From NCBI GenBank assembly GCA_964569425.1, contig CAZMVD010000006.1:4508-68507 (forward strand): a stretch of 64,000 bases of DNA, read 5' to 3'. Both the position numbers and the translations under genes were made by a program. Origin of the DNA: an uncultured Phycisphaeraceae bacterium (lineage in GTDB: Bacteria; Planctomycetota; Phycisphaerae; UBA1845). The notes beneath the pieces are model-generated. The model had not been told where the DNA came from and made no database searches. It saw only the letters and a program-made list of their open reading frames with translations. Shown here piece after piece: positions 26,901 through 31,937 of the stretch. Each line of letters begins with the position of its first letter. Positions within the stretch are counted from its first letter, which is position 1.

Positions 26901-28826
26901 TGGCACTACAACGGCCAGTCGTTCATCCCACCGGGAACGATCCACAACTCGGGCATTACCTGGCACTTCAATGGGGAGTCGTTCATTCCGGCGGGTACCA
27001 GGCACAACTCCGGCATCACCTGGCACGTGAACGGCGTGTCGTTCATTCCGCCGGGTGCCAAGCACGTGGCAGGCACCACGTGGCATATGGCCGGGGCCAC
27101 GTTCATGTTCCCGGTCATCGGACCGGAAGTCCCGACCGTCGATCCCGAGCAAGAAGGCTCCGGCGATGCGCGCGGCACAGAAGATCCGGCGACCCTGGTC
27201 TACCCGAGCTGCACCGTCCCCGCCGATTGCCCGCCGCTCGAGTGCCACAGCGCGGCATGCAATCCGGAGGACAATCTCTGCGAGTACACCGCCACGCCCG
27301 GCGACCCCTGCGACGACGGCGACCCGGCGTCGACCGGCGATACCTGCAATCAGTTCGGTGATTGCATCGGTGTACTCGTGCCCGGCAATCCGTGCGATGA
27401 CTTCAACCCTTGCACGGGCGGGGACACGATCAACAACATGGGTCAGTGCGTGGGTGCGCCGACCCCGTTCGTACCTTGCGATCCGGGGAACCCCTGCATC
27501 ATCCCCGGCTCCGCCTCCTGCGATCCCATGGGGAATTGTGTCGGTATGTTTGCCGGCGGCATGCCCTGCGACGACGGCGACGAAACCACCCTGGGAGACA
27601 TGTGCGATCCATTCCTGGGGACGTGCGCCGGCAGCTTCGATCTTGACTGCGACGACCTTATGGAATGCAACGGACAGGAGGAGTGCGATCCGCTGATCGG
27701 AGTCATCGCGGGCACACCGCCCGACTGTCTGTTCCCCTGCCAGGGGCTGCACGGCGTGTGCGTCGATAACGACCCGGCCAACTCCGGTTGCGTCGGTCAG
27801 GGCGCCGACGAAAACTTCGACCTGCCCAACGACTGCGCAGAGTCCGAGTGCGACGACTTCCCCGAGCCCGACGTTCCGGTCGATTGCGACGACGACAACC
27901 CCTGCACCGTCGACGATTGCGATCCGTCCACCGGCGATTGCGTCAACACGCCCGTGCCCGACGGAACCACCTGCGACAGCGGCGACGACTGCGCCATCGG
28001 CACCTGCCAGAGCGGCATCTGCGAACGCAGCGTGATCGTCGACTGTACCGGCCTGGACTGCAACCAGAACGGGTTGGAAGACGGCCAGGAAACCGCCGGC
28101 GGCCTGGCCCCCGACTGCAACAACAACCGTCAGCCCGACGAGTGCGACGTCGCGCCCGAAGGTCCGTCGCAAGACCTCAACAACAACGGCGTCCCCGACG
28201 AGTGCGAAGGGCTGGTGAACCCGGCCGCAGTCGCTCCGGCCCCGCACGATCGTCAGAAGAACCGTTACATCTCTTTCGCGCCCAACAACCTCGGCTCCGT
28301 CGCCTTCAAGGTCCGACGCGTTTCGCCCGGACCTGCGGTCGACGTCGGGTGGGTGAGTGCCCCCGATGCCAACGGTTTGGCCAAGATCGAACCGGGACCG
28401 GTTACCCGGGTCTGGAACGAGGCGACCATTCACGGCGGCGATTGCGAGATCGTCCCCGTGGCCGAGTTCGAAGTGCTGGCCACCGCCGACGGCGTCACGT
28501 TCGCGCCGGGGCTGATCGTGCCGACCATCGACCTGCCCAGCGGCGGCAAGTTCTGGGGCGACACGGTGGGCAGCTTCGACGGCATACAGTGGACGGCGCC
28601 GAACAACATCGTGAACGCCAACGACTTCCTGGCGGCCTTGCAGAAGTTCCAGAACCTGCCCACAGCGCCGCACATCACCGTGGTGGATGTGCAGTCGGTC
28701 AGTTCCATCGATCCGTGCCTCAACCGGATCGCCAACATCGCCGACGTGTTCCTGCTGCTCCAGGCGTTCCAAGGCAACGCCTACCCCTTCACCACCAACC
28801 CGGCGACCTGTCCGCCCTGTCCGTAG
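23973..28826 (+). CDS. Giant (1617 aa) secreted multidomain protein: unknown N-domain, MAM/galactose-binding-like domain, 20-aa His/Trp repeat array, Cys-rich repeats, shared CPxCP C-terminal domain
   Basis: ATG at 23973 preceded by ggagg. His-rich signal-like N-terminus MNPHHHFCSRHHHRHAARGLLLFSFAAALGASLALA. Contains GGWTASGLWHLT...IQIRFLFDAIDFQNNGFLGWMVDDVAI, then the repeats described in the next feature, then the Cys-rich and C-terminal domains. Confidence 0.85.
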   Translation: MNPHHHFCSRHHHRHAARGLLLFSFAAALGASLALARPGDVRAGTEVAPWLPPDTPRWATAPLPRDGASFSLADAPTINLDDPQAVFDHVIASLPDSVDVIPTENYTYWRFHTADKYVWGNLRLEPDTRDQGIIHIGYYEFREELTGPEEANPRYRQLDVGDALRRVDDFTYDLTYGGRTVRFLLNRVDQHEPLAFRLGEGERFVMRTEDESRIRFHLIFHEATRNFFFVADEDRAPLDGALMVSDDLALDTGTGFLFFVDKARNNRKILVGVYRRNIAQNNYYDGPADQLADNYIPNVPQYKSYLEQAYPFTRGVIDQFGFYVHDPGSRVAVAPYHSYQTITEMQGMVDVCKNYGGVPEMMACIMPGGMRQETPDDPSANDPWGDTSALLNPQVVFSEDWEGDPLGAGGWTASGLWHLTTDSPATCSPPDDFVSPVTAAYYGIEGACNYDNGGPNWGTLTSPVIPNLPDGSFLYVHSRRVSEGRCGQRDLSFIEVSVSGEIDPLTGYKFPIGKRWQFLFENCDNSNAWQELGPLSLERFAGRDIQIRFLFDAIDFQNNGFLGWMVDDVAILTGENAAGPDYSAPRHMGGVSWHLPGATFLPPGHRHLTGMTWHQITSTWNHLAGLSWPENPNPGGGNLHMSGTTFVPRPRPRPRPGGGGGGAPPPRKPPHMAGTTWHLAGVTAPPPGAKHAAGITWHLENITFIPPWAKHNSGFTWHVWGVSFIPKDAKHAAGITWHLEGITFIPGGTKHIAGTTWHLPGITFVPPGSKHAAGITWHLPGITFIPPGTKHNSGTTWHVAGVTFIPKDSKHAAGTTWHIAGATFIPKGSKHNSGSTWHVGGVSFIPPGTKHNSGSTWHFGGQTFIPPGTKHNSGSTWHVGGVSFIPPGTKHNSGSTWHVGGQTFIPPGTKHNSGVTWHVAGASFIPPDAKHNSGFTWHYNGQTFIPAGTIHNSGITWHYNGQSFIPPGTIHNSGFTWHYNGQSFIPPGTIHNSGITWHFNGESFIPAGTRHNSGITWHVNGVSFIPPGAKHVAGTTWHMAGATFMFPVIGPEVPTVDPEQEGSGDARGTEDPATLVYPSCTVPADCPPLECHSAACNPEDNLCEYTATPGDPCDDGDPASTGDTCNQFGDCIGVLVPGNPCDDFNPCTGGDTINNMGQCVGAPTPFVPCDPGNPCIIPGSASCDPMGNCVGMFAGGMPCDDGDETTLGDMCDPFLGTCAGSFDLDCDDLMECNGQEECDPLIGVIAGTPPDCLFPCQGLHGVCVDNDPANSGCVGQGADENFDLPNDCAESECDDFPEPDVPVDCDDDNPCTVDDCDPSTGDCVNTPVPDGTTCDSGDDCAIGTCQSGICERSVIVDCTGLDCNQNGLEDGQETAGGLAPDCNNNRQPDECDVAPEGPSQDLNNNGVPDECEGLVNPAAVAPAPHDRQKNRYISFAPNNLGSVAFKVRRVSPGPAVDVGWVSAPDANGLAKIEPGPVTRVWNEATIHGGDCEIVPVAEFEVLATADGVTFAPGLIVPTIDLPSGGKFWGDTVGSFDGIQWTAPNNIVNANDFLAALQKFQNLPTAPHITVVDVQSVSSIDPCLNRIANIADVFLLLQAFQGNAYPFTTNPATCPPCP
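25731..27122 (+). repeat. In-frame 60-bp tandem repeat array (19 clean units from 25983, plus 3 degenerate units upstream)
   Basis: Units read HNSGSTWHVGGVSFIPPGTK, HAAGITWHLPGITFIPPGTK and similar. 25983 + 19 x 60 = 27123, so the phase is perfect. Confidence 0.95.
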
Positions 28827-28861
28827 GGTAACGAGCCGGCAGGACCGCTTTCTCGACTCGA

Positions 28862-28885
28862 GGGCCGCTCGGCAACGAGCGGCCC
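28862..28885 (+). terminator. Rho-independent terminator after the giant gene
   Basis: gggccgctcg-gcaa-cgagcggccc followed by ttttc. Confidence 0.75.
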
Positions 28886-29047
28886 TTTTCATTACGTGCC
28901 GTCCCTCGAAGTGGAGGGCGCCGAACCGGTCACGATGGGCAAGGTCAGTTCCCACGGATCAGCATTGGATCGGCCGCCTGTGATTCCGGGTAGCCGCCCT
29001 GGTGCGGTTCAACAAATGGTGGTTCCTGAAACAATGCCCGCCACAAG

Positions 29048-30739
29048 ATGATCGAGTGGAAAGACAACTGCGCGATCCCGGCTGCTGATGCGATGAACAG
29101 CGCGCGCCCCGCCCCATGCTGGCCGTTCGCGGTCCTCGCCGCGGCCGCGCTGCTGCTCATCTACTTCCGCCTGCACGCCTTCGACCTCCCCCTCGAAACC
29201 GACGAGTGCAACTACATCTACATTGCCGGTCGCCTGCTGGCCGGCGACCGACTCTACGTGGACGTGTGGGATCACCAGCCCTTCGGGGTGTTCGTGCTGT
29301 TCGCGGGCGTCAGCGCCCTGTTCGGCGATGCCCCGTCCGTGTTCCGCTCGTTGGCGCTCGCGTTCTCGCTGGTCTCGCTGGGACTTATCTTCCAGATCGT
29401 GCGGCGTTGCGCAGGCCCCCTCGCCGCCGCGGCGGCGACACTGATGTTCGCGCTCTGCTCCTCCGATCCCGGAACGGCCGGAGAGGGGTGCAACCGCGAA
29501 ATCTACATGAACACGCTGGTGCTCGCGGCGTGGTACGGCGCGCTGGGCGCCGGCCCGCGCCGTCGTTGGCCGTGGCTGGCGGCAGGGGCGGCACTGGCCG
29601 CGGGTTCAACGATCAAAACCATCCTCGCGGTGCACTGGCTGGCCCTGGCGGCGTGGGCGGTCTATTCCGACAAGGCGTCGCGCTCGACCGTGCAGGAACC
29701 GCGCTCGGCGGCAGCGCGGGCGCCGTCGCGCTGGGGCCGGTTGGCGTATCTGGCGGCCGGGCCGGCACTGGTGTGGGCCGGGGCCTTCGCCTGGTTCGCG
29801 GTGACAAATCGATGGCACGAATTCTACGACGCGGTGTTCGGCTTCAACCTCAGCTACAGCGGGCGGAATGAGTCGTTCTGGGTTCGCTTCATCGACTTTT
29901 TTCGGCCGGGCAGCCGCCAACAGCCGTTTGTGTTCCACAGCGCCTGGCCGCTGTGGCTGGCGGCCGTCCCCGCGCTCGCCTGGCTGGCGCTCGAGGTCCT
30001 CCGCCGCCGGCGCCGCGACGCCGCGGCCATCGTGCTTCTCGCCGCCGCCAATTACGCAGCCGTGTGCCTGCCCGCGCAGTTCTGGCCGCACTATTACCAC
30101 CTGATGATTCCTTCGCTGGTCGTCGCCGTGGCGGTCGCCGCGGAGCGACTCTGGAGTGCCAATTACATGGCACTCTCGAACGGGCGGGCGCGCCGCGCCG
30201 CGGGCGCCACCCTCCTGGTCGCACTGGCCGCCTGGCTGGCGGTGACACAATATCGGCACTATCTCAGCCAGCCGCCTTTCGGCATCACCGTGCAGCGTTA
30301 CAACTCGCGCGATTTCTGGGGCCGCGCCCACGGGGAGAACATCGCCCGGGTCACCGATCCGGAGGATAATATCTTCGTCTACGGCAACGAAGCGTCGTTC
30401 TATTACTACGCGCGGCGCCCCTGCGCCTCCCGCTTCACCATGATTACCGCCCTGCGCAGCGGCTATGCAGGCCACGAAGCGCGCCGCCGCATCTTGCTGG
30501 AGGAGATTCGCACGCGCCGCCCCCGCCTCATTCTCGTGGTGCTTGGCGAGGAGGCGTTTCCCGCATGGGCCGATTTTCTGCCCACCCGCTACGACGCGGT
30601 GGGCTGGGATTTTCGCGACCGCCCCCCACACGACCCCATCCTCATGATCCTCTGCGACCGCGATCGCCCCATCGCCAACCTCGACTGGAACTGGGACCGA
30701 TCGAGCGTGGGAGGCTGGAACCTGGGGGAACAGCGCTGA
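29048..30739 (+). CDS. GT-C fold membrane glycosyltransferase (GT39/PMT/ArnT-like)
   Basis: Polytopic membrane protein. The first loop carries the DE-x-x-Y motif (LETDECNYIYIAGRL) typical of ArnT/PMT-type enzymes. Alternative start MNSARPAP at 29093. Confidence 0.7.
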   Translation: MIEWKDNCAIPAADAMNSARPAPCWPFAVLAAAALLLIYFRLHAFDLPLETDECNYIYIAGRLLAGDRLYVDVWDHQPFGVFVLFAGVSALFGDAPSVFRSLALAFSLVSLGLIFQIVRRCAGPLAAAAATLMFALCSSDPGTAGEGCNREIYMNTLVLAAWYGALGAGPRRRWPWLAAGAALAAGSTIKTILAVHWLALAAWAVYSDKASRSTVQEPRSAAARAPSRWGRLAYLAAGPALVWAGAFAWFAVTNRWHEFYDAVFGFNLSYSGRNESFWVRFIDFFRPGSRQQPFVFHSAWPLWLAAVPALAWLALEVLRRRRRDAAAIVLLAAANYAAVCLPAQFWPHYYHLMIPSLVVAVAVAAERLWSANYMALSNGRARRAAGATLLVALAAWLAVTQYRHYLSQPPFGITVQRYNSRDFWGRAHGENIARVTDPEDNIFVYGNEASFYYYARRPCASRFTMITALRSGYAGHEARRRILLEEIRTRRPRLILVVLGEEAFPAWADFLPTRYDAVGWDFRDRPPHDPILMILCDRDRPIANLDWNWDRSSVGGWNLGEQR

Positions 30740-30810
30740 GCCCCCCTGTCACGGACTGGTTTGAGAAGACGTAAGGCGGGTGGCGTGAGGCGAGAGGAGG
30801 GGCGCAAACA

Positions 30811-30826
30811 TGTTTCGCGCGAAACA
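30811..30826. promoter_or_regulatory. Perfect 16-bp palindrome TGTTTCGCGCGAAACA (copy 1)
   Basis: Self-complementary. Flanked by gcgcaaaca...atcttgcgc. Confidence 0.5.
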
Positions 30827-30876
30827 ATCTTGCGCGCGGAGCGTGGAACTCGAAAATGGGGGTGTTAATCTGGGAA

Positions 30877-30892
30877 TGTTTCGCGCGAAACA
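30877..30892. promoter_or_regulatory. Perfect 16-bp palindrome TGTTTCGCGCGAAACA (copy 2)
   Basis: Identical 16-mer 66 bp downstream of copy 1, followed by agtttgcgc. Confidence 0.5.
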
Positions 30893-31042
30893 AGTTTGCG
30901 CTGGGTCCGCGTCAGTTATTTTATGCGTGGAGCCTGGAGTTATCGGACGAACTATTATAGGACCAAGAAATTTCGGATTGCGGAGTGACGAGACTTGGCG
31001 AAGCGAGCGCTGCGATTAGATACGGAAGAGGCGGATGGCGAG

Positions 31043-31149
31043 AATTGCGAATTGGGGATTGCCAATTGCCGATTGAGCGTTAAGACGTTTCGGCGTTCTC
31101 TCGCCACTCGCCTGCCCATTCGCCATTCTCCTTTCGCCATTCTCGTTTG
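31043..31149. repeat. Composite heptamer repeats (A-like AATTGCN, one B-like unit, C-like CATTCGC/CATTCTC)
   Basis: aattgcg aattggg gattgcc aattgcc gattg ... gacgtttcggcgttc ... cattcgc cattctc ctttcgc cattctc gtttg. Confidence 0.75.
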
Positions 31150-31293
31150 ATCCGTTCCCGTCCATGGCCAAGCGCGCGTACCTGATGTTCTGTTGACCGG
31201 CGACTCGGTGCCTCCCCACTGCCTTCCCGGCCGAACCAACAGTGGCAGCGGCACCTTGTTGACGCAACGACGGGCAGTTATACCACGCACGCC

Positions 31294-31776
31294 ATGGGAA
31301 ACGCGGTTCCATCCTTTCCCGCTGTCATGCTCGCGGTCATGGCGTTATTCCAGGGCATGGCTGCGTTCGCAACCTTCCTCCCTTCCTTTGTGCACGACCG
31401 CGTGCCCGAGCAATTCGTTCCGGTGTGGAGGTTCCTCACCCGGCCCTTCTATGGCGAAACGCCGAACGAGGCAGTCATTCAGACATTGGCAGTGGCATCT
31501 CAATGGATCATCGGTGCCAGCGAAGCCGTCATCAGCATCGCCCTGGGTCTCGCGGTCTTCTGGCCGCGGCGTCGCAGGGCGCTGGCCAGTTTCGGCCTTG
31601 GCTATGCCGCCGGGTTGTTCAGCGTTTTCATGTTCACCATGTTTGCCATGCACGACAAAAAGCTGCCCGCGTGGAACCAGTATCCCGCCATTCTCGCCTG
31701 GATCGCCGCTATCTGGCTGGTGGTGGCGCTGACGGATCGGTCAGACAAAGCAACCTCCATTCGCTCGGCGGATTGA
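31294..31776 (+). CDS. Small 4-TM membrane protein (DoxX-like topology, unassigned)
   Basis: 160 aa with four hydrophobic segments. No motif recognised. Confidence 0.55.
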   Translation: MGNAVPSFPAVMLAVMALFQGMAAFATFLPSFVHDRVPEQFVPVWRFLTRPFYGETPNEAVIQTLAVASQWIIGASEAVISIALGLAVFWPRRRRALASFGLGYAAGLFSVFMFTMFAMHDKKLPAWNQYPAILAWIAAIWLVVALTDRSDKATSIRSAD

Positions 31777-31827
31777 CCGCGCACACGTGGGCAGCGGCCG
31801 CTTCGACATGTCCCCTCCAAAGAAAAA

Positions 31828-31858
31828 CCGCGGGTGGTCTGCAGTAGACCACCCGCGG
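31828..31858. terminator. Bidirectional hairpin between convergent genes
   Basis: ccgcgggtggtct-gcagt-agaccacccgcgg, a 13-bp stem flanked by A-rich 5' (agaaaaa) and cgttcttc 3' sequence. Confidence 0.65.
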
Positions 31859-31937
31859 CGTTCTTCATGTTCGGTTCATCGGCGGCGCTGTCGCCGTTGC
31901 GGATCGATCCGCCCAAACATGCAGCGCGTGCCGTGAA

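Noticed and set aside
25731-27122. Possible CRISPR array, given regularly spaced 60-bp repeats
   Set aside because: The repeats are contiguous with no unique spacers, are in frame within a long ORF, and differ mainly at synonymous positions. No cas genes are present in the window.
25715-28955. Minus-strand ORFs 25887-28955 (1022 aa) and 25715-26779 (354 aa)
   Set aside because: They are antisense to the giant exoprotein. Their open state and internal periodicity are a by-product of the 60-bp coding repeat on the plus strand.
30810-31019. ORFs beginning MFRAKQ on both strands
   Set aside because: They are artefacts of the palindrome TGTTTCGCGCGAAACA, which contains ATGTTTCGCGCGAAACA on either strand.
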